Notes: a model not told the origin generated them from the letters alone. Numbered from the stretch's first letter, positions 26,068 through 40,400 are shown. The stretch: 64,000 nt of DNA from Paraspadella gotoi (GCA_051294375.1 CM119270.1:16270413-16334412); one strand, 5' to 3'. Made by a program: numbers and translations.

Positions 26068-27722
26068 TTAAAGTTCATTTAATTTTTTTTTACCCGAATC
26101 TCTCTTTGAAACAAACTTCTCGTAACGTATCCACATAATGCACTGCGCAGTAGGCTCTAATCCCTGCTCCTCAGAGATTTGATCTCTCTGAGAATGAGCA
26201 TTGGTCCAAAAAAAGCCCGCCGCGAATGGATAGATGACATGCGCAAGCAGAAGCCAACCACGCCACGTTGAGTGCTTGAATAGGCTGCTGTTGCTATTGT
26301 CGCGGGCCTTCCTCATTTCGCTGCAGAAATAAGAAAAACGAACCATAATGGTCATGAAGGTAGTCCAACGAGAGCTCATTTTTGGGCGCTCATTATTTGA
26401 AGGAATAAATCAGGGAAAAGCGGATAGAGAAAGTTTGATGATTTTGGGAAAAAGTCTGTCACGGATTTTTCGTTTCACGAGTCCATTGAACCTCTTCTTC
26501 ATCGAACGGCAACAAACGACCAAAATTTCCGTTCCTAGTTTCGCAAATCAGATTCGAGCATCCCGAGTCATATCCTGGGAACTATGAGCGTAAACCCGAT
26601 CAGTCTCGTCAGCCAGGGCTGAGGATTCGCGAAGCCTCGCGTGCTCATCGCGTAAGCGTGGAGATTTCAAAGAAAGCTGAAAGTCGGAAACATTCCGCTT
26701 ACCTTGGCTCATATTTCTTTAAGCATCCGGACTTCGGCGAGACTGACGACCCGCCTGTGAGGTGGGCGTGCAGTTTGCACTGCTAAGTGATGACAGGCCA
26801 TCGACGCAATAGTGCGTCCAAGTTGGCTCCGCGGTACGAACTGAAGTGGAATTAGGCACGTCGCGTTCGGTAGAAAGGGCATTCATCACTTGGGTCGCCA
26901 GAGGTTAAAACAGCCATGGAGCAAGAAGTTTTCATGCGGACTTAATATTAAAGGCTGTCGCCCAATTATAAAATATATAGAGTTGATTTTGTCAGTGCAG
27001 AAAGTTTCACCCCGTTTACGATTTTCGCCCCAGAAGCTCTTGTTAGAAGGCGGCAACGTCTGTGACAACCGCTGATGATCCTTCAAGCTTGTCGTCCTCA
27101 GTTTTTCGACGAGGTTTGCATCCCCGAATGCCATTATGGATTTTCCCATCTACGATGTCCATGAATGAAAGGTTGCACACCAAAACCTGTTTGTGCTTGT
27201 CCAGTTCTACGGAACCTCGAAGTAGTTTCACCCTCCAGAGCGCCCGAACGGGACGTCAATGGGCTTTCGATGATCCTTTGTCCATCGACGCCTTCCATGT
27301 ACGTCAGTGTCGAGGACCTCGAAGTTGGGACGAAACTTTCCATCTCGACGAAAAACAAAAGACCATCTTCCTTCTCCGGCCAAATTCGTCGAATTCGTAG
27401 CCTCACATGGGATTCGGCGCGGCAACTCGCTCAAACTGCCCTCGTCAAATCTTCCGCTTTCAGCGGCGCGAGGCTCTCGAGGGAAGAAGGCGATCGATAT
27501 TGAGAACCGGTTTCCGCCGGAGTTGGATGTTCTCGAAGTAGGCCTCGAGCGGCTTCTAGAGGTCGCCGAGTCTCCCGTCCAGAATCCTGATTGACGCGTC
27601 CCAACTTTATCCTCGATATCTTCGACAGCGGCGGAAATACGTTCGGATGCTGAAGAAGGAGGTGGTGCCATGACGACGAACGAACCCGTCATCCGAAACA
27701 GTTTGAGTCGGTTAAAACCCAA
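26068..27722 (-). CDS. Condensation-fold acyltransferase (alcohol acetyltransferase / PapA5-like), copy A, frameshifted as assembled
   Basis: Frame-hopping translation gives ALWRVKLL...QVLVC...DIVDGKSIMAF, the expected position of the HHxxxDG motif. The C-half is equivalent to ORF 34741-35277. One short GT-AG intron at ~27019-26955. Confidence 0.7.
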
Positions 27723-28729
27723 TCACTGATTTTTGTTTTTGAAGGGATTTTAGACTCGTTAAAAAATAGGGAAAAAAAAGGAAAAGTTTTCGAAGAGGAT
27801 AAGACTAAATGGAGAGGAATGGACTTTAAACACTGAATCAAAGTTAGTCTGAAATTATTAATAATTACTAATAATTACTATTGCTTAAATAATTAACGAA
27901 CCTAAATTTCTTTGTGAAGTAATTTGCAATCAAAAATTAGGACCCGTAACAATGACTATGATCAACTCGCCCTGAGTTTTGTTTCCAAGCTCTTTTTTTT
28001 TTTTTTTTGATCGTAACAAACGAGTAACGGAAGTTGATTGCATGCGATTTATTAATGATTATATAATATTTATATTATATTTATAAATGATTAAATGAAC
28101 AAACATTCAAAGGCCAAACGGTCAATTTTTTTTGCCAACCTTCAGGGAGGAGTCAATGAAGAAGTTGAAATCATGAGCTTTCTCTTAAGCTTATTACACT
28201 TTAATCTTTAACATCCAAACCCTTTATTATCATGTTTAACTTTCATAAAATTATAATCTTTAAAATTTTAGAATCCAATTCACATTATTTTATACCCATG
28301 AAAATTTGCAAAATTACTTTGTCACTATTTTATATTTCATGAAGGATTTAGTATTTAATCTATATTATTTTAAACAAATATATATTGCCTTTCTTTTTTT
28401 TAAAAAATGTTTCATTTATATCTAATAATTCAATTTGTGGAAGGGAAAGTCTAGTGTTGTCTTTCTGGGAAAATAGAAGGAGCATCTCTTATACAACACA
28501 AGGTTTCTGAACCTAAAATCGAATATTTCTTTAGGCTTTCAGCTCCGATGCGTATTTTTTTTCCTCTTCTTTCTCCTTTCTTTTTCTTCTCTTTCCTTTT
28601 TTTTTTCCTTTCCTCCGTTTCCTCCGGAAGGTCAAGGTTTTTCTTTTAATGTTTACTCGAAATTTCTGACGTCATCAATGGACTGAAGAGGCCCTGGGGA
28701 CTCACGGTCCCGTGAATAACTGAGAGGAG

Positions 28730-29000
28730 GCGGAAAGGAGATGGTAAGGAGATGCGGGAGGTGATGGGAAGAGATGTGGAAGGGGCATGGGGAAGCAATG
28801 GGGAAAAAGATGGGGAGGTGATGAGGAAAAGATTTAAAAGGACGATGGCGAAGAGATGGCGAAGAGATGGCGGAAGAAATGGGCGAAGAGATGGGGAAGA
28901 GATGATGGAAGCGATGGGAAGCAAATGCGGGGAAAGAAATGGGGAATATATATGAGGGATGGTTAAAATGATGGGGAAGGAGATGGGAAGGAGTAGAAAA
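28730..29000. repeat. Purine-rich ~11-bp minisatellite (GGGAAGAGATG), repeated at 41460-41720
   Basis: Seen directly in both duplicated blocks. Confidence 0.8.
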
Positions 29001-29075
29001 GAGGTTGAGATGATGTTTTAAAAAAGAACAGGAGGAGGAGGACACTTAAATGAAGAAAGATTTTAATCACTCGTC

Positions 29076-29153
<78 letters not shown>

Positions 29154-29956
29154 CCTTTTTCTCGAGCGCTAATACCATATATTCCTTCGGACGCGCATCA
29201 TCAATCTTATCAACGTCTTGTTATTAAACTCGAGACGAGAGAGAATCTATTAAAGCCCCCACGTGAAAATATTTGTTGTTTTAGGGTTCAAAAAACCGCG
29301 AGGGTCGTTGTTGTGTTGTCGTTGTTGTCGTTGAATCTTCGTCAAATGTTGTCGTCAGGGATGAGGAAAAGAAGAGCTGAGGGAGAAAATGGAAACAAAT
29401 TAGTTGACAAGGAACGACTCGCTTTCGTTCTTATTTTTTTTTCCTACTGCCGAGGAGAGATAGAAATAATAACTGCTATTTATTATGATGAAATGCGATT
29501 ATGGAATCCACGTTTTATTGCGGACAAAACGTTTCCCGCCAATTAATCAGAGTTAGATTATTACAATTTCGCTAAAGTTCCATGTTTTAAAAATGGTTTC
29601 TTACACTAACGAATTCAAATGGATTTTGTATTCAGATTAGAATGCCCGTTCCGGGGACAAAAACTTACAAGGAGAAAAACAAAATTAATTTTCGTCTAAC
29701 GTTTTAAAATGGCTGCTTGGTGTAACAAAGTTAGCCGTAAAATCGCAAACGGAAAGCATCAAATCAAGATAACACGAATATAATTAAAAAATTAAATAAT
29801 TAAATTATTGGACCAAAAAGGCACAAAAACGGGATTCGGGAATCAGAGAAAAGAAAAGAAAATCCAAGTGAGATCTTCGGACTGGCATTCTACTAACCTT
29901 TGACTATTGCAATTAATTAAATATTTAATCGCGGTAAATTAATTATCGAATTCAGG

Positions 29957-31940
29957 ATGACCCTCTCGCTCTCATACGAGAGAGAAGCGTCTTGAGGAAA
30001 ACCTTTTGGTGAGAAGTTGGGTGATAATTTAATTTATAAATAAATATAAACTATACTAATTCTATTATTATAAACAGTTATCTCTTTTTCCCCCCCAAGA
30101 CGGAACGAACAATCCGTTTCTTCTCCTTGAAAGAATTCTCTACCTCCGAGAGAAACGTTGCGATCCGTTTGGGAGGCCGGAGTCACAAGGAGGTCGCCTG
30201 TCCAGAATGTTCGAGAACGATTCGTCAACGCCGGCGGAACAACGCCAATTCTGACCAGGTCGCACCAAAGACCACGGTCGCGTCCTCTCCTTCGCCACGC
30301 GGCGTTGCGGCGCAGGACTCGCCCAGGAGCATGGACGAAAGGCTTCGGGTTTAGTGAGAGCGCAGCAGGTCGCTCGGAATGAGTTTCAAAGATTCTATAC
30401 AACTGTATTAATAAATGGAATATTAATGTCCTGTTATTGCAGTGACGTAATTTTCGTTCTTTTGCAAAATTCGAAAATCGGCTTTTTTTTTTTGGAGTTT
30501 GATTGTATCTCAGTTGATATGAGAACATAGCGAAATCTATTCTTTTAGCAACCCTCAGTCCAACGTAATCTCAGATTTCGGTTGGAGGAAGACCGCATTT
30601 ACTTGTTTCTTGTATTCTGTATTAGCATTGTCATTTGCTATCGGATCTTGCTTCATTCTTTGGTTATAACTTGTAGCGACCTCAAGCACTCCGCGCTTCA
30701 TTGATAAATGATACTTTCTATCAAGGTTTGTTGAAAACGTGAAATATTTTTTGTTAGTTTATTGCGAAAATCATCAACATACCTTCCATAGAATGAGAAT
30801 TTTGAAACTAATTTCTTCCAGATTATACGTTGACAGAAGACAAAAACTCCTTGGATAACCAGCGTGGCAAACAAACAGTTTCTCTGCAATTGACAATAGC
30901 TTCTTCTTCGCGGCTAGCCTCTTCGGTTGCGTGGGTGAGGTGATAGTCAGCAGTGAAGTATTTAGAATAATTCGATAAAGTTTTTAAGTTTTAAAGTTTT
31001 TAAAGTTTTTAAAGTTTTTAAAGTTTTTCCCGAGCAAAAAATATATTTGACAAAACCGCGACAATTTTTTTTTTTCCCATCATGGTTATCATGGGCTAAG
31101 AAAGTTATTGTAGTCAATGTAGTAATGTCATGTCACGTGCATGTCATTTCATGTCATGTCATGTCACAAAAAATATACGGCGATAGGCAGCTTACTGCGG
31201 CGCAACACCTTTGAATTACCGTTCTTGTTGATAAATACTTGGCTCAATTTTCTTGACAGGATCCCGTTTTCTGAGCGACCGTTTGGGACCGAGAAAAGCG
31301 AACATCTCAATCAATTTCCCCCACCTTTTGAGCGAATTTTAAGCCTTGACCTCTTCTACATCGAATCTCCCGAGCTGCCTTATTCGTCAGCCGGTTCCTG
31401 GTCGCGAATCCACTGGTGGCTGGATTCAATTACGTTCCTCTTTATCTCATAGAAATCGCTCCCACCAAATAACAGAGGTAGAATTTAGGTCTCTTTTGGA
31501 TTCGTAATTAATCAATATGAAATCGTTTTAAAATCGTTAATTCTCTTTTCAGGAGGAATATCCGCAGTCGCGGCAATGACTGTCTGCTTCGGAAATCTTA
31601 AGGTCGCTCAAATTTTATCGATGCCTCAAGTTTTGGGCAGCGAAAGAGTTGTGGGCCTTACCTCACGGGGTTCAATGTGATTCCTGCGAGCATTTTCGTT
31701 GCTCCTTTTTGCCCTTTTGCGTCGGAGAGTCCAGGTAAGTCACTTGAAGCCAAAACAATTGTGGAATTACATGACGCAAAGTATTTTGATATTGCGACCC
31801 GACTTTATTTTGATGAAAGCTAAAACGCGAGCGTTGAGGTCAAAAATTTACAGATGACTTAACTATTTTTAAATGATAAAATAAGATAGATAAGTAAATA
31901 AAAACTATAAAAGAAAAAAAAAAATAAATAAATAAAATAA

Positions 31941-31975
<35 letters not shown>

Positions 31976-33683
31976 ATACAATAAATAAATAAATTAAATT
32001 AAATAAATAAAAAAAAAATTTAAAAAAAAAATACGCCCTTATTTTATTTGAATTTTTGAGTTATCTCTTACATCATCCAAAAATTGACAAGAAAGAGCTG
32101 AGTCGGCCCCTGCGGCCGCCTGCTGGGCATTGGATGAAGACGTCTCCAATCGAATTTAAAGAGATGGAAATTGAAAAAAAGATGCACGAATTAATGAAAT
32201 ACAGAATCGTCGATTTATTTTTCGGACAGAACACGCGATGGCCGCTTTTTATGGCTTGGCATATTGCGGGTTACGATGTTTAGTCAGAATTCTTTTCATA
32301 CTTAAATGTAATATTTCTTTGATTTTAAAATAAACTTTTCAAAACTTGAATATACTACTATAAACCTGTCCTAATCGTCTTGTTATAATTTTCGGGCCCC
32401 CTTATTTCAGTTAATTTGCTTCATTGTAGCGCGCGATACCGACTGACGCTATTCAGACACATATTCTGGGGGATAATTCTTTAGCTGAATTATGGTGCTA
32501 CATAAAATTTTAAATTTTATATAACAACGGACCATTTGCTTTTTGAACAATATCTTCATCAGGTGTAAAAAAAAGCATCATTCCTCGTAATTGGTCGCCT
32601 TGGATTGATTAATCTTATAGCCGTATGGACCAGGGGTTTGTTTTACATTGACAATTAGAGCAGTAAGAAAAATTTTCTTATAATTTATTTGTTGCTGTGG
32701 ACTATAATTAATTTCATCGTCTTGACTATTAACGGTCTAGTTTATGAGGTTAGTAAAAATATCAAATTAAATTAAACCACATGTTTTTTTGATAGGAATA
32801 AATATTAGCAAAAGGCTTCCGCACGAAAAGTAATACGAAAATCATTCAGACTACTCAAACAATGCCGGACACAAAAAGCTATTTTTAAATGATCAACTAT
32901 CATTGGCTGTATTGTTATTTATCAAATCTGCACTGCAATCTGCCTCACGCTCAATTCCTGCCTGCATATCGTGCGAGATATTTCAACAGGTGCTTCAAGT
33001 GCAATTAAATTGATTGACACAATTCTAGATCATCGAAGTATTCCAACTTTGAGTCGCCAGACTAGTATATAGTATATACTAATATTATAGTATATACTAA
33101 TTTCTTTGGGAACCCGATCTGCGGCTATATCGTTTTCCCAAGCCTGCGGCTTTTCTCTTCAGATTGATTCTTTCTGCCTACATTTTGTGCTGGAGTGGAT
33201 AAAGAGTAATGAAATGATTTAAGAAAAATGAATGCATAAAATGAAGAGGACTATATTTAAATAATGATAAAAAAGAGTGTAATTCTAGGCAACACGAAAA
33301 GTCGCATTAATAATAGCGTATTTTAATGTAAGTTACGTCTAACGATATCAATCCATTTCAGAACGCGCTTCGCGTCCCTTCACATTTATTCCATTTCATT
33401 GTCTTGATTGCTGTCATCCCCTCTCATTTTCATTTATGTTTCCGGAAACAAAGACAAATCGTTTAATACCTTCAGGCTCACAGGCAAGAAAAAAAAAAAA
33501 AGATTTAACTTTACCGGGAGTTATAAGTTTAAGTGTATGACCATATTAGACCCCCCAATGGTATCCAAAAAGTTCAATAATTGGAGCAAAAACCTAAAAA
33601 AAATCTTACTCCTCAGATCCAGCAGGGCGGCGACAGCTGGTTCAATGTTGCACAGGCGAGTCAAAAGGCCAGGCGATGCTTAG
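29957..33683 (+). CDS. SLC2A/GLUT-like sugar porter, duplicate of 42678-46247 with many frameshifts (assembly noise or pseudogene)
   Basis: Exon-by-exon match to the 42.7-46.2 kb copy (EIAPTK, PFCVESP, KEMEIEKKMHELMKYRIVDLF, CEIFQQ, VPETKDKSF). Confidence 0.75.
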
Positions 33684-34404
33684 ACCACGNNNNNNNNNNN
33701 NNNNNNNNNNNNNNAAAAAGAAATGAAGTGAAATAAGAAGGGAAGCAAAACAAGAAAAATACTGCGAGCAGGAAACGCTGGGATTAAGACGTCTATGTAT
33801 TCTGTATATTTGGTATTAAATATTAATAGGGTAATGAAATGTCTCGATGAAATATAAATTGATCCACATCCCAGAAGACATCACTAAACTCAGATATTGA
33901 CAAATATACTGAAATGTAAATGATACTAAAAAATAAAAATTGCCCAATCGAAAATAATTGTACTACATGAGTTAAAACAATTTTTTTAACAAAAATTATT
34001 ATTCGTTAAGAAAATTATAATTCTTTTTATTTCATTTTTATCTGCCTAAATTGTAATTTTCTAATTTATCATGATTCACATCACTAATCATATTCTTCCA
34101 TTGTAGGCGTTGGCCCGTTGGCGAGCAATCGATAATGACATATATCACGTACCGCGTCTCAGTTTCCTATCTCATGAAAACTTTCTTTTATCTCTGCTAA
34201 AGATACCATACTACTAAATTTATAGTAAATTTAAAAAGCTTATAAGTAGAGCCACGAAAATTATTCTGTGATCTGTATTCAAGTACAGGGTTTATCTTCT
34301 TTTCTTCTCTAAAGCTTATACCTCCAAATCCATAACAATTAATCATAAATTCATAGATTTAATTTAGGATAATAATTAATCATTTACAAAATTCTTGCAT
34401 TATT

Positions 34405-37400
34405 TCCCATACTTTTAAAGTTCATTAATTTCTTTTACGCCGAATCTTCCCTTTAGAAACAACTTCTCGTAACGTATCCACATAATGCACTGCGCAGTAG
34501 GCTTCTAATCCCTGCTCCTCAGGATTTGATCTCTCTGAGAATGAGCATTGGTCCAAAAAAGCCCGCTCGCGAATGGATAGATGACGATGCGCAAAGCAGA
34601 AGCCAACCACGCCACGTTGAGTGCTTGAATAGGCTGCTGTTGACTATGTCCGAGGTCCTTTCGCTTCATTTCGTGCAGATAGGAAAAACGAACCATAATG
34701 TCATGAAGTAGTCCAACGAGAGTCTCATTTTTGGCGCTCATTATGAGAATAAATCAGGGAAAAGCGGATAGAGAAAGTTGATGATTTTGGGAAAGTCTGT
34801 CACGGATTTTTCGTTCACGAGTCCATGAACCTCTTCGTTCATCGAACGAGCAAACGACCAAAATTTCCGTTCCTGAGTTTCCAAATCAGATTCGACATCC
34901 CGAGTCATCCTGGGCACTTGAGCGTAAACCCCGATCGTCTCGTCAGCCAGGGGAGGATTCGCGAAGCCTCGCGTGCTCATCGCGTAAGCGTTGGAGATTT
35001 TCAAAGAAGCTGGAAAGTCGGAACATCCGTCCTTGGTCATATTTTCTTTAAGCATCCGGACTTCGGCGAGACTGACGACCGCCTGTAGGGTGGCGTGCAG
35101 TTTGCACTGGTGATGACGGCATCGACGCAATAGTTGGTCCAGTTGCTCCGCGGTTAGCTGAAGTGGAATTAGGAACGTCGCGTTCGGTAGAAAGGGCATC
35201 TTCATCTTGGGTCGAGAGGTTAAAACAGCCATAGAGCAAGACGGTTCATGCGACTTTATATTAAAGGCTTCGCCCAATTTATAAAATAGATAGATTTNNN
35301 NNNNNNNNNNNNNNNNNNNNNNGTTGATTTTTGTCAGTGCAGAAAGTTCACCCCCCCCCGCTTTAGATTCTCGCCCCAGAAGCTCTGTTAGAAGGCGGCA
35401 AACGTCTGGGACAACCGCGTGATGATTCCTTCAAGCTTGTCGCCTCAGTTTTCGACGAGGTTGATCCCCGAATGCCATTATGGATTTTCCCATCTACGAT
35501 GTCCATGAATGAAAGGTGCACACCAAAACCTGTTTGTGCTTGTCCAGTTCTACGGAACCTCGAAGTAGTTTCACCCTCCAGAGCGCCACCGAAGCGGGAG
35601 TCAATGGGCTTCGATGATCCTTTGTCCATGGACGCCCTTCCAGTACGTCAGTGTCGAGGACCTCGAAGTTGGGACGAAACTTTCCATCTCGACGCAAAAA
35701 CAAAAGACCATCTTCCTTCTCCGGCCAAATCGTCGATTCGTAGCCTCACATGGGATTCGGCGTCGCAACTCGCTCAACCCCTCGTCAAATCTTCCGCTTT
35801 CAGCGGCGCGAGGCTCTCGAGGGAAGAAGGCGATCGATATGAGAACGTCCGCGGAGTTGGATGTTCTCGAAGTAGGCCTCGAGCCGGCTTCTAGACTCGC
35901 CGAGTCTCCCGTCCAGAATCATTGACGCGTCCAACTTATCCTCGATATCTTCGACAGCGCGGAAATAGTCGAAAAGAGGCAATATTAAAAAAAATAGAAG
36001 AAAATGGAAGAAATATAAAGAGAAAAAAAAGAGAATAAAATATGAGAGAAATGATAATAAAAACGTTAAATCTACACCAGAAACGACTTTTCTCTGTAAA
36101 AAATATGAAAACTTAAAAATAACAGAAAACTATTTTTCCAAGTAAAAAGAAATAAAACTTAAAAAAAAAAACGCAAACGTTTTTTCCAATGTAAAAAGAG
36201 TTAAAAAACACGATACAACTCCTCTCTCAAAGTAAAAGTAATAAAAATGTTAAATACACGGCAACGACATTTCCCAAGAATAACAATTTAAAACAAAAAA
36301 CGCTTTTCCAATGTAAAAAGAGATAAAAAAATTTCTAAAACACCAACAAATACAATATAAAACGTTAAATACTTCGCAAATAACATTCATCGAGGTTGTT
36401 AAATTGGGAGGACAGTTATAAAATCTTTATCAAAACAAACAAATTTCCTCTCTTTATTTAGTTCCTCTCTCTCTTTTTCTCTTTAATTTTAGTAGCTTTC
36501 TCTCACTTCTCAATAGATAAAAGTTAAAAACACCAGAAAAACGACTTTTTCTCTGTAAAAGATATGAAAACTTAAAAATACAGAAAACGATTCTTTTCCA
36601 AGTAAAAAGAAAAAAACTTAAAAAAACGGCAAACTTTTCCATGAAAAAGAGTTAAAACACCGATAAACGACTTTTCTAAAGTAAAATATAAAACGTTTAA
36701 ATACAGCGGCAGACGTATTCCAAAGAGATAACAACTAAAAACAAAGAAAAACGCTTTTCCAATGTAAAAAAGATAAAAATTCAAAAACACCGGAAAAATA
36801 TTTTAAAGAAAAAAGAAATAAAAAACGTTAAATACTTCTGCAAATAATCATCGAAGGTGTTAAAATGGGTGAGACAGTTATTAAATATCTTTTTATCCAA
36901 AACAAAACAAATTTCCTTCTTTTACTTTATTCCTTCTCTCTCTCTTTCCTTAATTTATGTAGCTTTCTCTCACTCTCAATAGATAAAAACGTTAATACAA
37001 CCAGAACACTTTTCTCTGTAAAAAAGATATGAAAACTTTAAAATACAGAAAACGATTTTTTCCAACTGTAAAAAAACATATAAAATCTTATAAAACAAAC
37101 ATCCGTTTATTTACCTCCACAGATATGGCAAAACACATACCATACTGATAAGTAAATATATAAAGACGTAACTTACTAGTCGAGACAACGATATTTCCAA
37201 GAATATATCACTATAAATAACACATAGTATAATATAGCGCCTTCTTCCGATTGTAAAGAGATAAAAATTTCTAAAACACAGTGAACAACGAATTTTATAT
37301 AGAAAAAGAAATAAAATCGTTTAAAACAAATAACATCATAGAGTGAATGTTAGACAGTATAAATATCTTTATCAAAACAAAACAAATTTCCTCTCTTATA

Positions 37401-40400
37401 TCTTAGGCTCCCTTCTCTCTCTCTTTTCATCTTAATTTTATGTAGTTTTCTCACTCTCAATAGATAAACGTTAAAACACAGAAAACGACTTTTTCTCGTA
37501 AAAAATATAAAAACTAAAAATAACGAAAACGATTGTCCCAATGTAAAAAGAAATAAAACTTTAAAAAAAAACGCAAACGTTTTTCCAAGTAAAAAGATTT
37601 AAAACACCGATAAAACGACTTTCTAAAGTAAAATAATAAAAAAACGTTAAAATAACGCAAGCATATTTCCCAAGAGTAACAACTTTAAAAACAAAGAAAA
37701 ACGCTTTCCAATGTAAAAAGAGAAAAATTTCTAAACACCGAAAACGATATTTCAAAGAAAAAAAAATAAAAACGTAAATACTCTGCAAAGAAATCATCGA
37801 AGGTGTTAAAAGTTGAGACAGTTTTAAACTTTTTTATCAAAAACAAACAAATTTCCTCCTTTATTTTTAGTCTCCTTCCTCTCTCTTTCCTTAATTTATG
37901 TAGCTTTCTCTCACTCTCAATAGATAAAAACGTTAAAACACCAGAACGACTTTTCTCTGTAAAAGATATGAAAACCTTTAAAAATAACAGAAAACGATTT
38001 TTTCCAATGTAAAAAGAATAAAACTTTAAAAAAAAACGGGACAAACTTTTCCAATGTAAAAAGAGTTAAACCTAAACGACTTTCTAAAGAAAAAGTGATA
38101 AAAACGTAAATACACGAGACGATATTCCAAAGAATAACAACTTTAAAAACAAAAAAACCTGTTTCCAATGTAAAAAATAAAAATTTCTAAATAACACCGG
38201 AAAACGATATTTTTAAAGAAAAAAGAAAATAAAAACGTTAATCTTCTGCAAATAACAATCATAGAGTTGTTAAATTGGGTGAGAGGACAGTTATTAAAAT
38301 ATCTTTTTATCAAAACAAACAAATCCTCTCTTATTTTTTATTCTCCTTCCTCTCTCTTTCTCTTAAATTTTATTAGCTTTTCTCCACTCTCAATAGATAA
38401 AAAACGTTAAATACACCAGAAAACACTTTTTCTCGTAAAAGATATAAAAAATTAAAAATAACAGAAAACGATTTTTTCAATTGTAAAAAGAAAATAAAAA
38501 ACTTTAAAAAAAAACGGCAAACGTTTTGTCCAATGTAAAAAGAGTTAAAAACACGATAAACGACATTTCTAAAGTAAAGTAATAAAACGTTAAATACACG
38601 CAGACGATATTCCAAAGAGATAACAACTTTAAAAACAATAGAAAAACGCTTTTTCCAATGTAAAAAGAATAAAAAATTTTCTAAAAACACGGAAAACGTA
38701 TTTCAAAGAAAAAGAAATAAAGTTAAATACTTCTGCAAATAACATTCATCGAGGTGTTAAAATTGGTGAGACAGTTATTAAAATCTTTTTTAATCAAAAC
38801 AAAAATTCCTCTTTATTTTATGCTCCTTCTCTCTCTCTTTTCTCTTAATTTTATGTAGCTCTCTCTCACTCTCAAGATAAAAACGTTAAATACACAGAAA
38901 ACGACTTTTCTCTGTAAAAAAGATATGAAAACTTTAAAAATAACAGAAAACGATTCTTTCCAATGTAAAAAAATAAAACTTAAAAAAAAACGGCAAACGT
39001 TTTTTCAATGTAAAAGATTAAAAAACACCGATAAACGACCTTTCTAAAGTAAAAGTGATAAAACGTTAATACAGCGGCAGACATATTTCCAAAGAGATAA
39101 CACTTTAAAAACAAAAAAAACGCTTTTCCAATGAAAAGAGATAAAAAATTCCAAAAACACGGAAAACATATTTTCAAAGAAAAAAGAAATAAAAACGTTT
39201 AAATTTACAAATAACATTCATCGACGTGAAATTGGTGAGAAGTTTTAAATATCTTTTATCAAAAAAACAAAGTCCTTGCTTTTATTTTTATGTCTCCTCT
39301 CTCTCTTTTTCTCTTAATTTTATTAGCTTCTCTCCACTCTCAAGTAAAACTTAATACACCAGAAAACACTTTCTCTGTAAAAATATAAAACTTTTAAAAT
39401 AACAGAAAACGATTTTTCCCATGTAAAAAGAAAACTTAAAAAAAAACGGCGAAACTTTTTTCCAAGTAAAAAGAGTTAAAAAACACGATAAACACTTTTC
39501 TAAAGTAAAAATAATAAAATGTTAAATACCGCAGACGATATTTCCAAAGAGATAACAACTTTTAAAAACAAAGAAAACGCTTTTCCAATGTAAAAAAGAG
39601 ATAAAAAATTTCTAAAACCCGGAAAACGATATTTTAAAGTAAAAAAAAAAAAAAACGTTAAATATTCTGGCCATAAAACATCATCGAGGTTCGTTAAAAT
39701 TGTGTAGGACAGTTATTTTAAATATCTTTTTATCAAACAAACAAATTTCCTTGCCTTTATTTTTATGTCTCCTTCTCTCTCTCTTTTCTCTTTAATTTTA
39801 TGTACTTCTCTCACTCTCATAGATAAAACGCAAATACACAGAAAACGACTTTTCTCTGAAAAGATATGAAAACTTAAAAATAACAGAAAAACGATTTTCC
39901 AATGTTAAAAAGAAATAAAAAACTTTAAAAACGCAAACGTTTTTCCAATGTAAAAGAGTTAAAAAACACCGATAAACGACTTTCAAAGTAAAAAGTAATT
40001 AAAAATGTTAAAAACCACCGAGACGATATTTCCAAAGAGATAACCAACTTAAAAACAAAGAAACGCTCTTCCAATGAAAAGAATAAAAAATTCTAAAACA
40101 CCGGAAAACGATATTTTCCAAAGAAAAAGAATAAAAATTAAATAATTCTGCAAATAAATCATCGAGGTGTTAAATTGTGAGGACAGTATTAAATACTTTT
40201 TATCAAAACAACAAATTTCCTCTCTTTTATTTTTAGTTCTTCCCTTCTCTCTCCTTCTCATTAAAGTAGCTTCTCTCACTCTTCAAAAGATAAAAACGTT
40301 AAATAACCTCTGTAAAGATATGAAAACCTGTCTCCCGTCCAGAATCCGATTGACGCGTCCAACTTTATCCTCGAATCTTCGACAGCGGCGGAAATAGTCG

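Larger units (their letters stand above)
25390..33689. repeat. Segmental duplicate block A (acyltransferase + GLUT-like gene)
   Basis: Colinear with 33715-46251 including introns and intergenic DNA; differences are mostly 1-bp indels. Confidence 0.9.

Noticed and set aside
36454-40279. Repeated F/L-rich ORFs in the satellite suggesting a repeat protein
   Set aside because: Frames are not preserved between units and the composition simply reflects A/T tracts.
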